Shown here one piece after another: positions 19,960 through 29,566 of a stretch of 64,000 nt of DNA. The DNA is from Candidatus Bathyarchaeota archaeon (GTDB lineage Archaea > Thermoproteota > Bathyarchaeia > Bathyarchaeales > Bathycorpusculaceae). A model generated the notes under the pieces. The model was not told the origin of the DNA. It made no database searches and was given only the letters and a program-made list of their open reading frames with translations. How positions within the stretch are numbered: position 1 is the stretch's first letter; each line of letters opens with the position of its first letter. The stretch covers positions 32,001-96,000 of the forward strand of contig CAWGZR010000005.1 of NCBI GenBank assembly GCA_963827165.1, given 5' to 3'. The position numbers were made by a program, and so were the translations under genes.

Positions 19960-20150
19960 CTATTCCTTTTCTTCTTTATGCCTGATCTTGTAGCGCAACT
20001 TATCTGTCTTATCAACTGTGAAAGCGTCAGGGCATGGACCTACCTTATCCGTATTGTTTTTTTAGGCTCCAGAAGAATTCCCTTTCCCGTATCGGTCACT
20101 GCGAGTTTTGTGCCTTCTTCGATTTTGTATTTTCTGGGAGTTTTCAAAGC
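19960..20150 (-). pseudogene. AbrB/MazE-type antitoxin remnant
   Basis: RKYKIEEGTKLAVTDTGKGILLEPKK, then a frameshift; N-terminal strand and start missing. Confidence 0.55.
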
Positions 20151-20271
20151 GATGTTGTTACTTTTGAATGCGTATTATTTTTAAGGATTACAGAAAAATT
20201 CTCAGGTCGATTGGACAAGGTTACGAAGGTTTTTTAGCCGCAGGCCACCACATACCTAACAATGACCTTGT

Positions 20272-20808
20272 ATGAGCTTGCTTGACCAAAACGATTTCAT
20301 AATGCAGAAAAAAATCCTCTCCGCCCACGAACACTACGACTTCATGGACCTGCAAGGCAACAAGCTAGCCGAAGCTGACGCCAACCTCATCCAGATCCCA
20401 CCCAAATTTCAAGTCAAAGATATTCACAACATCGAACTCATGCATCTGCAGGGCAAGACCCTGAGCTTCCGCCATGAATTCACCCTCTACGGCTCCGACG
20501 GCGAAGAACTTGGAACCATGAAGCGTAAGATAGCTAAGCTGGTCGGCGAAGAATTCTGGGTTGAAAAAAACGGTCAGGAATTCATGCGTATCTATGGAGA
20601 CTTCACTGAACACGAATACCAATTTGAAGTCGCCGGTCAATCCGTTGCCGCAGTCCACAAAAAATGGGTGACGCTAAGAGACCAAATGGGAGTCTCAATA
20701 ACTGGCAACGCGGATCATCGAATAATCATAGGTGCTGTTATTGTGATAGAACACGTGGAGGTAACAGAAAATAAATCCTCTTCAAGTTCTTCTAACTTAA
20801 GATTGTAG
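20272..20808 (+). CDS. LURP-one/scramblase (Tubby C-like) protein
   Basis: FIMQKKILS..., IYGDFTEHEYQF, VAAVHKKW motifs. Confidence 0.8.
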   Translation: MSLLDQNDFIMQKKILSAHEHYDFMDLQGNKLAEADANLIQIPPKFQVKDIHNIELMHLQGKTLSFRHEFTLYGSDGEELGTMKRKIAKLVGEEFWVEKNGQEFMRIYGDFTEHEYQFEVAGQSVAAVHKKWVTLRDQMGVSITGNADHRIIIGAVIVIEHVEVTENKSSSSSSNLRL

Positions 20809-20812
20809 TTTA

Positions 20813-21145
20813 CTATTTTTTGCGTATGTTGCATTGGAGTACTTTGGGGCAGATTAGGCATTCGTCTTGTGTTAGCATGGTTTCTCCCGGGGCGTGGAGT
20901 AGGCTGCTGTAGTGGGCGCATTTGGCTGGGCTGTCGAAGACCGTTGGGTACTCGGTTGGTTTGACTTCAATGACCTTGTTTTTTTCGGTTCTGATGTCGA
21001 GTTTGCTCATGCAGTAGGGGCAGGCGAAATGAGTTTGCCGCGGAATGGTGCTTGTGTCGGTTATGACGGTCGGCTTGTCAAATAGTTTTTCGCATCCTTT
21101 GTAAGGGCATTTGAGTTTTTGCTCATGCCCATGGAAAAGCTGCAC
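20813..21145 (-). CDS. Cys-rich Zn-finger protein
   Basis: CPYKGC, HFACPYC, C..CLIC..C. Confidence 0.7.
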   Translation of the reverse strand: MQLFHGHEQKLKCPYKGCEKLFDKPTVITDTSTIPRQTHFACPYCMSKLDIRTEKNKVIEVKPTEYPTVFDSPAKCAHYSSLLHAPGETMLTQDECLICPKVLQCNIRKK

Positions 21146-21338
21146 GTCACTCGCCTCCCATGTTGTATCCTATCGAATATAGCAATATTTAATAAACTTA
21201 TCAGCCGACGGCACATCATGCATAATTGCACAACACAAATACACAAAGCACCCAAAAGCAACATCCAAACCATTTTTCAGAGACTTATTATTCAATCTTA
21301 CACATATCTGCCGGCTGTGGTCTATTGAGTATAATTAA

Positions 21339-21895
21339 TGTTGGGTATGCTACCTGTTAATTACGCCAAAGGCAAAGATGCTAGTAGACGTTGGTTGGCC
21401 AGGTGGAATGCAAGAGCTCAAGTGGAGTCTAGCTGAGGCAAATTTATCAGTGAAAGATATCACGCACGTTCTGATTACCCATTACCACATCGACCATAGC
21501 GGAATCGCCCAGGAATTGAAGGACAAAGGCGCAAAACTTGTGGTTATGGAAAGCCAAATCGAGAATATGAATGACCAGAAGAAATTCATCAGACCGCCTT
21601 TGGTGTTTCACGAGATAAAGAATGAAGGCAACATTGTGCTAGCCTTTAGTGATATCGAGTTTTCCTCAAAACTTTAGGCATTGAGGGCGAAATTATCTCT
21701 ACTATGGGACATAGCGTCGATCATGTTTCCCTCGTTCTAGATGAAGGCACCGCTTTCACGGGAGACCTGCCGCCTGAAAATAGCTCGCCAAAAGGAGGCA
21801 GTGCCTTAAGGGATTGACAACATGTCCGAGCCATGAAGGCAAAGAGAATCTATCCCGCACACGGTCAATCATATGAATTGCCCGCTCGAACCTGA
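21339..21895 (+). pseudogene. MBL-fold hydrolase pseudogene
   Basis: THYHIDH motif; frameshift near 21660 continues into GHSVDH, FTGD and YPAHG with an internal TGA; start lost. Confidence 0.8.
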
Positions 21896-22182
21896 AAGGC
21901 CCACCGAGTATAGAACAAGTCATTTCATAGCCTATAGATAGCACGCAGTCACAAGAATTGGCGTCTAAATCTGCATAGTCAACTTGACCTTTGCGAAAAA
22001 CAATCATCAAATAAGAAACTCGACAATCATCGATTCACATAATGTCGAAGTCTTTTTTTTGACTCGCTTTGTTTGCTGCAGTTAAGATGTTTGTTCAACA
22101 TTTCATAATAAATATGAACAAATCTCAAACAGCCTTATATCGATTCGCGACCCAATAACATCAAAAAAGAATGGTGGAAAAA

Positions 22183-22248
22183 ATGGAAAAAACATCCCCA
22201 AAGAAAACCGCTCCAAAAGGAGAAATCCTGTACTTTCCGCATATATAG
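22183..22248 (+). CDS. Putative 21-aa micropeptide
   Basis: MEKTSPKKTAPKGEILYFPHI*, GGTGG RBS-like sequence and TTATAT box upstream. Confidence 0.35.
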   Translation: MEKTSPKKTAPKGEILYFPHI

Positions 22249-22258
22249 GTGAGAAAAA

Positions 22259-22372
22259 ATGATCGTGGAAACAAGTTTGCCCATATTTGTGCTTTGCGCA
22301 AGTTCGTTGGCGGCAGCCTTCGTTTATTATAATACGAAATACCGAAAATTCATCAGGGAAAATCCACCTTAA
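22259..22372 (+). CDS. Putative 37-aa single-TM micropeptide
   Basis: MIVETSLPIFVLCASSLAAAFVYYNTKYRKFIRENPP*, with AGGTGA RBS. Confidence 0.45.
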   Translation: MIVETSLPIFVLCASSLAAAFVYYNTKYRKFIRENPP

Positions 22373-22531
22373 TCCAGCCTACCCAGATCGAACACAAAAG
22401 AAAACAGGAGGAGATGACAAAAGAGCCGAAAACAAAATGAAAAGGAATCTTCAAAGCCAATTCCGAGTCCGCCAGAACACGAAATTGGCTTCCTTTTTTC
22501 TTCTTTTGGCCAAGTTTTTTTGAAATATAAG

Positions 22532-22608
22532 TGGAGCCTCGAGCGGGCTTCGGTCCCGCGGCCTGCTGCTTACGAGGCAGCCGCTCTACTAGGCTGAGCC
22601 ATCGAGGC
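22532..22608 (-). tRNA. tRNA-Thr(CGT) with atypical D and T loops
   Basis: Perfect stems GCCTCGA/TCGAGGC and GCTGC-CTCGTAA-GCAGC; T-loop ACCGAAG; encoded CCA. Confidence 0.9.
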
Positions 22609-22947
22609 ACACCGTTTATGTTTGCTAATCAGTGAAACCCAAGTTTTTAAATGTTTTATTGTTGGATTTGTGTGTTAAAAAGCATTAATTCAACATGCTA
22701 TAGCGTACTTCGATTTCCATGTTGAACCGAGGGTAGGTTCTATTCACGCACATGCGCTTCTCCACGATGCGTTGTTTTCTCGTCTACTGTGGAGTCTAGA
22801 TTTACCGCCTGTTTGGAGCATCAAGAAAACGGTGGCAGGGGTACGGAAAAAACCAACAGGAAGAGGTCTGTTTTGATGCAACCCAACCACAAGAACGGGC
22901 TAGCGCCAATTTTAAAAGCATTAGACAGCTTATCTTGACTTACAGTT

Positions 22948-23994
22948 TTGAATCCGAGGACTATCGATTTGGCTGACAAAAAAACAGGAAAAAAACTAGT
23001 CCGAGAAAATGTAAATATCGGCGAGAGAAGAATAATTGACATCATAGCCCGCCACCTCGAAATAATGCCTAACATGCCCGTGCCCTTTGGCGACGACGTG
23101 TCCGCCGTCAGCCTAGACGAAAAGCAGGTGGCAGTACTTAAAACTGACATGATGGTAGGCAAAACCGACGTGCCTCCCAACATGAGCCTTTGGCAAGCTT
23201 CACGCAAAGCGGTCGTGATGAACATCAGCGACTTTGCATCCAAAGGAGTCCAACCTAAAGCCGCCCTTGTAGCTCTTGGCCTACCCAAAGGACTCATGCA
23301 AAAGGATATTGAAGAAATCGCACGGGGTCTAAACGCTGGCGCAAGGGAATATGGAGCGTACATTGTCGGCGGGGACACGGGTGAAGCCTCAGACCTCATA
23401 GTTTCTATTAGTTTATACGGTTCGGCAGAGAAAACGAGTTTGATGCTTCGCAACGGTGCTAAGCCAGGCGACGTGTTGGCAGTCACAGGGTTCTTCGGCA
23501 AATCAGCTGCAGGGTTGCGTCTGCTGATGAATAATTGTTCAGCGTCCCCTCATCTGCGCGAGGTTTTGGTTGGGGCAGTGTGCATGCCTAAAGCCCGCTT
23601 AAAAGAGGGGTTAGCTCTTAGCCGCTCAGGTGCCGTGTCAGCATCGATTGATTCAAGCGACGGCTTGGCTTGGAGCCTGCATGAAATCGCCAAAATGAGC
23701 AATGTTGGCTTCATAGTTAACACCGTTCCCGTCTCTGACGAGGTGAGGCGGTTTGCGGAATTCAACCATCTTGACCCTTTGGAGCTGGCGCTCTACGGTG
23801 GCGAAGAATATGAGTTGGTCACAACCGTCAAACCTGACAAGTGGGTTGAAGCTGAAGCCGCAGTCGAAGAAGTCGGAGGATGCCTATTGCCCATTGGAAA
23901 GGCTACAAGGGATACTCAGATGCTCTTAGATGTTGATGGGGTCAAAGGTACTGTTGAAGCCCGGGGCTGGGAACATTTCAAAAGCAAGGTTTAG
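22948..23994 (+). CDS. thiL: Thiamine-monophosphate kinase
   Basis: GDDVSA, NISDFASKG, VGGDT, IDSSDGL, GGEEYEL, GWEHF; start uncertain. Confidence 0.93.
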   Translation: MNPRTIDLADKKTGKKLVRENVNIGERRIIDIIARHLEIMPNMPVPFGDDVSAVSLDEKQVAVLKTDMMVGKTDVPPNMSLWQASRKAVVMNISDFASKGVQPKAALVALGLPKGLMQKDIEEIARGLNAGAREYGAYIVGGDTGEASDLIVSISLYGSAEKTSLMLRNGAKPGDVLAVTGFFGKSAAGLRLLMNNCSASPHLREVLVGAVCMPKARLKEGLALSRSGAVSASIDSSDGLAWSLHEIAKMSNVGFIVNTVPVSDEVRRFAEFNHLDPLELALYGGEEYELVTTVKPDKWVEAEAAVEEVGGCLLPIGKATRDTQMLLDVDGVKGTVEARGWEHFKSKV

Positions 23995-24551
23995 CCTTTG
24001 CAATCCAGTAGATAATTGATTATCGTTATGCATGAAGCTGCCAAGTAAGGTTGTTTGCCTAAACTGATTTTTTCGCCAAACCTAAGCGCAAAGCGCTCCA
24101 CGTTTCTGGGTAACCCAACATGGTCGCCAAGTACAAAAACTGCGTCATCAGCGAGTTCCATGTCAGCGACGTTTTTTCCCCCCTCTTCCAAGACATAAAC
24201 TTGATGCGCCGGGGCTTCGGATTTGAGCAGTGCTTCGAAACTTGTTTTGTCGGTGCTGATGCCTGGGTGGGGTTTGCCTGCGATGGTTTTTCTGAGAATT
24301 TGCTGCCATGTATCCACGTCTGTGCGAACGTCGTATAGTTTTTCGCCGTCGATTTTTATATGCAGCGGAGGGTTCGGGGGGCCGTTCAATATAGTGTGGA
24401 AGGTCACGTCTCTACGCAGGCCGTGGGAAAGGAAGAGGCTGGCAACTATGCATTCGTGCGCGATGTCTAAGCGTCCAGCGTCATGAAGATCATGAAAAAA
24501 GGCATCGGTTTTTCCCAGACGCGAGAACAGGATAAATTGTCGTGGCAACAC
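23991..24551 (-). CDS. trmY: tRNA (pseudouridine54-N1)-methyltransferase
   Basis: GRLDI..C..SLFLSHGLRRD, FVLGDHVGL SPOUT motif. Confidence 0.88.
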   Translation of the reverse strand: MLPRQFILFSRLGKTDAFFHDLHDAGRLDIAHECIVASLFLSHGLRRDVTFHTILNGPPNPPLHIKIDGEKLYDVRTDVDTWQQILRKTIAGKPHPGISTDKTSFEALLKSEAPAHQVYVLEEGGKNVADMELADDAVFVLGDHVGLPRNVERFALRFGEKISLGKQPYLAASCITIINYLLDCKG

Positions 24552-24620
24552 AGTTCACATTTTAGTGCTACGCGAGCTTGCCTAAAAGCCCTTCCCAAAC
24601 GATAATGTCAAGCCCGAGAT

Positions 24621-24977
24621 TTAGACAATCAAATGCAGTAAGACAAGAATGTTGTTTACAACAACAACGGCGGTGAACAATACGATAGTGAAGTATGCGA
24701 TTCTTAAGGTTTTCAGGGCAATTTTGAACGAGTTCGAGCTAGGATCAAATACCCGCATTAAGATCTTCCTCGCCAAAACAAAAATCAGTCCCACCACAAC
24801 GGTAACTGTTAACTTTACAATTACGAAACCTGACAGGTTAGAGCTCACTAACCCTGCAAGGAATGGATTTAACTCCTGAGTGCCAAAAAACAAAGCGCCG
24901 ACAACCGTAGTTAAACAATCCATTGATCCCATAAAAATCAGAAACAAGCAACTCGATACAGTTCGGGAACTCTGCAA
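24621..24977 (-). CDS. DUF5658-like membrane protein
   Basis: DCLTT..G....ELNP motif with hydrophobic helices. Confidence 0.7.
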   Translation of the reverse strand: MQSSRTVSSCLFLIFMGSMDCLTTVVGALFFGTQELNPFLAGLVSSNLSGFVIVKLTVTVVVGLIFVLARKILMRVFDPSSNSFKIALKTLRIAYFTIVLFTAVVVVNNILVLLHLIV

Positions 24978-25212
24978 AACTTTCAGCTCCTTTTCGATTA
25001 AAAACTAAGCTACAAGTTTTCAAGTAAGGATTTAGCGAAAAGCAAAGGTTGCCAAAATCCAGTTGTTTTATGTTATAGACTTTGAAGGCTTGTAGTTTCC
25101 AAAGTAACTAATGTTTGAATGAGTTTTTATATGTTCACTACTTTGAGGGAGGCAATAGGGTGGAATGGGTAACTTAAAAACTTTACAAGCTAAGCCCGTT
25201 TTGCAACTCTGG

Positions 25213-25617
25213 TCAGATTAAAACCCTTTTAATTATGGCTGAGTGATTCGCGTTTTTCTCCATGAACACGCTTATCTTGTTTTCACCAATCTTCATAAAA
25301 AGCACTTTGAGGCTGCTACCTTCAACTAAAGCACTTTCAATTTCAGCAACGCTAATTTGTTTTGCAATTTCCACACTGGATTGATCCAGTTGATAAGAAA
25401 AAAGCGCGTACTGACTAATTTTATCGTCTTCCGCCAAATCTAGCACGGCTGAAACGTTGCTTCTTATTATGTAGCCTAAAACCCCGTCCAGCTTGCGTAT
25501 TTCAACTAGGCTGGCGCCTAAACTTGCAAAAGCGGGATCTTCACTGTCCGCAGTTGTTACGGCGACAACATCGGTCAATGCTGTTTCCGTGTGGTTGGCA
25601 ATTGCGTTCTTTGTCAA
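25213..25617 (-). CDS. Roadblock/LC7 (MglB-like) domain protein
   Basis: LVEIRKLDGVLGYII...IESALVEGSSLKVLFMKIGENKISVF roadblock pattern. Confidence 0.8.
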   Translation of the reverse strand: MTKNAIANHTETALTDVVAVTTADSEDPAFASLGASLVEIRKLDGVLGYIIRSNVSAVLDLAEDDKISQYALFSYQLDQSSVEIAKQISVAEIESALVEGSSLKVLFMKIGENKISVFMEKNANHSAIIKRVLI

Positions 25618-26438
25618 CTTTGCTCCTCCAGCACCACGGGTATGACAGGTTTTACCATCACAAGTTTGCCATCGCCTGTTCGCAAAGTCTGCAGGATCCT
25701 TTCGGGAATCTGAATAATCCCCTTAGCTTTGCCGTCTGCCTCTCTAATGGGCCTAAACTTGCACATCGCAGATTTACCCTCTAAGGTTTCAATGTTCACC
25801 AGCAAAATCTGGGTATCGCCGTAGAGATCACTCCATTTGCCGACAACGTCAGCATCAACACGCACCACATCTGAAGCAACCAACAACCCTCCGATCTTCT
25901 CCACCATAAACTGGTTAACAGGCGGCTTGGGAAAAACACGTTCGGAAGAAACCGTGGGCACAACAGAAATCTGCTCAGCAGGCGCGGGTTCCTGAGGCAA
26001 CTGAACGACCGCTTTATCCGAGTTAACTTCAGGTTGGCCAGGATCAATTACTTGGCTGTCGGATTCTGCAGGAGATGTTTGATCTAATAGTTTTATGAAG
26101 GTTGGCACGATAACGCAGGCTAAGGCTTTGATCATTTTTTCGTCTGCCGCCCGTGATGAAACGATTGCTAAGTAACGGCTGTGTGTAGATGTGATGCCAA
26201 TCTGTGTGCTTACGCCGAGGATGGTCAGGTTTTCTACGCCACCCATGAAAGTGGCTCGGGTTGCGATTTCGTCGTATGCTTGAACCATTCTTTTGGCTCG
26301 TTCTGCAGCGACAAATTCTTCGTCGCCGGCTAGGATTTCTCCGTCTTTTGTAAAAATGGCAGCTTGGGTTAGCTCCGGGCTAATGTTTTTAAATTCGCCT
26401 AAAATTGTCTGCAGCGGTTTTGTCGAGGCTTCGATCAC
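25614..26438 (-). CDS. Roadblock-like domain + Pro/Glu linker + double-psi beta-barrel-like (Cdc48/VAT-N-like) domain
   Basis: N-terminal AAIFTKDGEILA roadblock pattern; C-terminal VVRVD...KGIIQIPERILQTLRTGDGKLVMVKP. Confidence 0.65.
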   Translation of the reverse strand: MIEASTKPLQTILGEFKNISPELTQAAIFTKDGEILAGDEEFVAAERAKRMVQAYDEIATRATFMGGVENLTILGVSTQIGITSTHSRYLAIVSSRAADEKMIKALACVIVPTFIKLLDQTSPAESDSQVIDPGQPEVNSDKAVVQLPQEPAPAEQISVVPTVSSERVFPKPPVNQFMVEKIGGLLVASDVVRVDADVVGKWSDLYGDTQILLVNIETLEGKSAMCKFRPIREADGKAKGIIQIPERILQTLRTGDGKLVMVKPVIPVVLEEQS

Positions 26439-26458
26439 CTTTGCTGCCAGCCTCCAAT

Positions 26459-26884
26459 TTAAGTTATCTTGAATAGTATTCGCTCTGGGATGCCTTCGTC
26501 CTGCAGCACAAGGTATTTGAGGCCTTCTGTGTCTCCGAGTTGGTCAAGCCATTTGAGAGCTTCGCGAACCTTCTGCAAAACAAGTAGCCTCTCTTGATAA
26601 CTGCGAACTACTGCCTCTATTGCAGTTAACTCGTGGAACGCGTTGGCGTCTAACACGATGTTTAGGGTGCCGACTGTGATTTCGCTGGGGTTCTCCGTTG
26701 ATGCTTTTTTGCCTGCTAGTTTCATGACAACTTCGCGGACTTTCTTTGATTTTTCAGCTAACGTGCGGATTTCATCCAGCCGTCGCAGATACTCGCCCAA
26801 AACGCTTTTTGTTTCGGACAGCTCCTTATCCAGGGCGTCGGCTATTGCTTGTGCGGAATTGTATTCTTGTATTTGAGTTACCAT
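26459..26884 (-). CDS. Coiled-coil hairpin protein (prefoldin-like topology), unknown function
   Basis: Two long amphipathic helices separated by a short beta hairpin (EITVGTLNIVL), with a C-terminal beta hairpin. Confidence 0.7.
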   Translation of the reverse strand: MVTQIQEYNSAQAIADALDKELSETKSVLGEYLRRLDEIRTLAEKSKKVREVVMKLAGKKASTENPSEITVGTLNIVLDANAFHELTAIEAVVRSYQERLLVLQKVREALKWLDQLGDTEGLKYLVLQDEGIPERILFKIT

Positions 26885-26981
26885 ACTTTTTTACCCTCCA
26901 AGAGGAAACGAAAGAGAAAAGGAAAAAGGTGGTGATGCAAATTTCACCTTACCCCCGAAATTTCAAATCAAACTTGTTTGC

Positions 26982-27491
26982 TTAAGGTCCGTTGTATGAA
27001 GCTGAAGTTGTGATCGTGTTGCCTTTTGAAGTCATCAATGCTATCGTGTACTGCGCGCTGTTAACGAATGAAGTCGCGGTTGCAGGCAAAGTTATGTAAA
27101 CGTCTACTGAAGTGCCTTTAGCAATTGGTAGCTGTCCTTTAGATAAAAGGCTTGTAGCGGTGGTGCCACTGAGATATCCTTCGGCTATTTTTGCGGTATT
27201 TCCATCTATAGTTACTGAAGATATGGTTACTGTTGCGGAGCCTGTGTTTTGAATGGTTACGATACCTGCAGAAGTTGTGCCGCCTGTGAGGTTGGTTGGA
27301 CTGTTATATGTGTTAGTTAAGACAGCGTTGGTTACTTTTGCTTGTTCAGAGTTTCCCATGAATCCGATAGTTAATGCTCCCATCCATGCTGCGACGACGA
27401 CGCTGACTGCTACGGTTACAGCGATTAGTATGATTGTTGCTATTACGGGGCTTAGTGCTTTTGCGCTTTTCCTAAATTTCCTGAAATTCAT
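26982..27491 (-). CDS. Archaeal type IV pilin
   Basis: Class III signal peptide KSAKA/LSPVIATIILIAVTVAV; AGGAGG RBS before ATG at 27491; IQNTGS motif. Confidence 0.92.
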   Translation of the reverse strand: MNFRKFRKSAKALSPVIATIILIAVTVAVSVVVAAWMGALTIGFMGNSEQAKVTNAVLTNTYNSPTNLTGGTTSAGIVTIQNTGSATVTISSVTIDGNTAKIAEGYLSGTTATSLLSKGQLPIAKGTSVDVYITLPATATSFVNSAQYTIALMTSKGNTITTSASYNGP

Positions 27492-27708
27492 TTGTTTTTG
27501 TACCCTCCTTGGGTTAAATATACGTTCCACGAACAAAGCTAATAAATATTATGACTTAATACACAATATTATAGATGTGTCGAGCACAACTACACCAAGT
27601 CGAACTTCAAAGTAAAATTTACCCAGTTGGCTGGCCCTGCTGACCGCTGGATGTTGAGTTTGTGAAAAAGATATTGGGCGATTTCAAAAAACTTTTGGAG
27701 TTTTCGGG

Positions 27709-28041
27709 TTAGGATTCTAGTTCGTCGAAGAATCCGAGCAGCAGTTTGGCTACTTTTTCGCCGAGTTCCGTTTTTAGGTAGTATTTCTTGAGTGGGTCGA
27801 TTCGTTCGCTTTTGGCTAGCCCTAGCGATTCGATTTCGATCATTCTTGCCCTAAATGTTCCGTCGCTTAGTGTAAGTTTGTTTTTGCGCATGAAGTCTTT
27901 GGCTTCTTTCCATTTGCCGCGTCCCGCATAGAGAAGGAACAGGCAGTCGATTGCGTGGTCTTTTTCAAGCATGGTTTTGACGGCGGACAGTTTGGGGTCT
28001 GTCAAGATGTGCTTGATTTTATCGTCCTCGTTTTTTGCCAT
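27709..28041 (-). CDS. wHTH transcriptional regulator
   Basis: LSDGTFRARMIEIESLGL...YLKTELGEKV wHTH. Confidence 0.75.
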   Translation of the reverse strand: MAKNEDDKIKHILTDPKLSAVKTMLEKDHAIDCLFLLYAGRGKWKEAKDFMRKNKLTLSDGTFRARMIEIESLGLAKSERIDPLKKYYLKTELGEKVAKLLLGFFDELES

Positions 28042-28407
28042 TTTTTCTTAACACCTTTCCTTTACATTTTGTTATTAAACCAAAAGTTAGCGTCTTATGC
28101 TTTTAAACCATATTGCGAATCGTGAAACATATCTAAAGACGCCTTCCTTCAGAAAACATGTATAACGTGCAACTTGCTTATAAATTATTAGCAGGTAGCA
28201 AAAATTGATTAAGGTTAAACATTCAGCCATAAAATGGAATTGAAATCAATAAAGCTCTTATTTTTTTATAGAATGTTGGGTTTGCATGGGAGGGCTTGGT
28301 TGCTGCAGTTTTTTGATGTTGAATAGGGTGAGTTGGTTTCTTGGGGAACGGTAAATTTAACTACGAAAGCCTGCAAATTATGTTCACTTTAGAATGAGGC
28401 GTAAGGT

Positions 28408-29001
28408 ATGGCTGCCCTAACCGTTTATGAGGTTCCGACTTGGAGCCAAATCTACGATATGCTGCTGAACCAAGCAGCTAAAATCCGAAGCGACGGCTAC
28501 GTTCCCGATATCATAGTTGGCATCGCCCGGGGCGGTTTGGTGCCCTCACGAATTTTGGTCGATCTTCTGGAGACGCGGGATTTCGCTATAATCACCATAG
28601 AATATTACATTGGGATAGGCCAAACTCAGCGGGAACCCATCCTAAAACAGTGCCTCCATATCCAACTAACGGGCAAGAAAGTTCTGCTGGTTGATGATGT
28701 TTCTGACGGCGGTAAAAGCTTGCAGCTTGCCAAGAAGCATTTGGAAGATCAATGTGCCAAAGAAATAAAGATTGCCACCATCTACTGCAAACCAGGAACA
28801 GTAACTACACCCGATTATTTCGAGAAGGAGACAAGCCACTGGATCGTTTTTCCTTGGGAAGCCCGAGAAACCCTGATTAAAATAAGGCGCAAAATCAGTG
28901 GCGAACGCGCTATAAGCAGAGAAGTCTCCAATCTTGTGCGCTCGGGGTATCCAAAGCAGTTGGCTGAGAAACTCCTCCAAAACGATGGAAAGATCAAATA
29001 A
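28408..29001 (+). CDS. Purine phosphoribosyltransferase (HGPRT/XGPRT-like)
   Basis: IVGIARGG, VLLVDDVSDGGKS, WIVFPWE. Confidence 0.9.
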   Translation: MAALTVYEVPTWSQIYDMLLNQAAKIRSDGYVPDIIVGIARGGLVPSRILVDLLETRDFAIITIEYYIGIGQTQREPILKQCLHIQLTGKKVLLVDDVSDGGKSLQLAKKHLEDQCAKEIKIATIYCKPGTVTTPDYFEKETSHWIVFPWEARETLIKIRRKISGERAISREVSNLVRSGYPKQLAEKLLQNDGKIK

Positions 29002-29564
29002 TGCTGCATCAAATAAAAGAATTTGGGGCCTACGCTGAAATAACTGGGTTTAGAGCCGTGAAATTCTCGGATGCAGAAGCCTTCCTCAAGGAATGCCGAA
29101 AGAAAACCCGCTCTGTTGACCTGCAATTCTATGACGCTGACCTGATCGCGACCCGGAAACACCTGTATTTCGCTGTCCTCAATGCACTGCAAGCTTTCCA
29201 CAACAAAACCAACGTTGCCAAAAGCTTAGCTGTCGAAACCATGCTTTACGCTTCTGCCCAACGACAAATACAGCGAGCCATCCAACGATGCGGCATAAAA
29301 CCCCAAACTCAAAACATGGCTGTCACAATAATTGGGGAAAACCTCGTTGAAATTCAAGCGTCGCTGCAGAAAATTAGCGCATGCATCAAAGTTAAGCCCG
29401 ATGAAACCGTGTTGGAAATAACCAGGGTTAAGCTTGAGAAAATTAAGTCATCTTTCCAAATCAAAGATGAAGAGGTCAAATCGGTGATTAGCGGCGGCGA
29501 CTTGGAAGCAGCAGTTGTTGGCCTCGTCGTTGAACGTGCAGCCCTGCTTGCAACTCAACTCTAA
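29001..29564 (+). CDS. cgi121: KEOPS complex subunit Cgi121
   Basis: AKSLAVETMLYASAQRQIQRAI motif. Confidence 0.88.
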   Translation: MLHQIKEFGAYAEITGFRAVKFSDAEAFLKECRKKTRSVDLQFYDADLIATRKHLYFAVLNALQAFHNKTNVAKSLAVETMLYASAQRQIQRAIQRCGIKPQTQNMAVTIIGENLVEIQASLQKISACIKVKPDETVLEITRVKLEKIKSSFQIKDEEVKSVISGGDLEAAVVGLVVERAALLATQL

Positions 29565-29566
29565 GA

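Noticed and set aside
22690-22950. TPP riboswitch upstream of thiL
   Set aside because: The conserved CTGAGA and ACCTGA...AGGGA elements are absent
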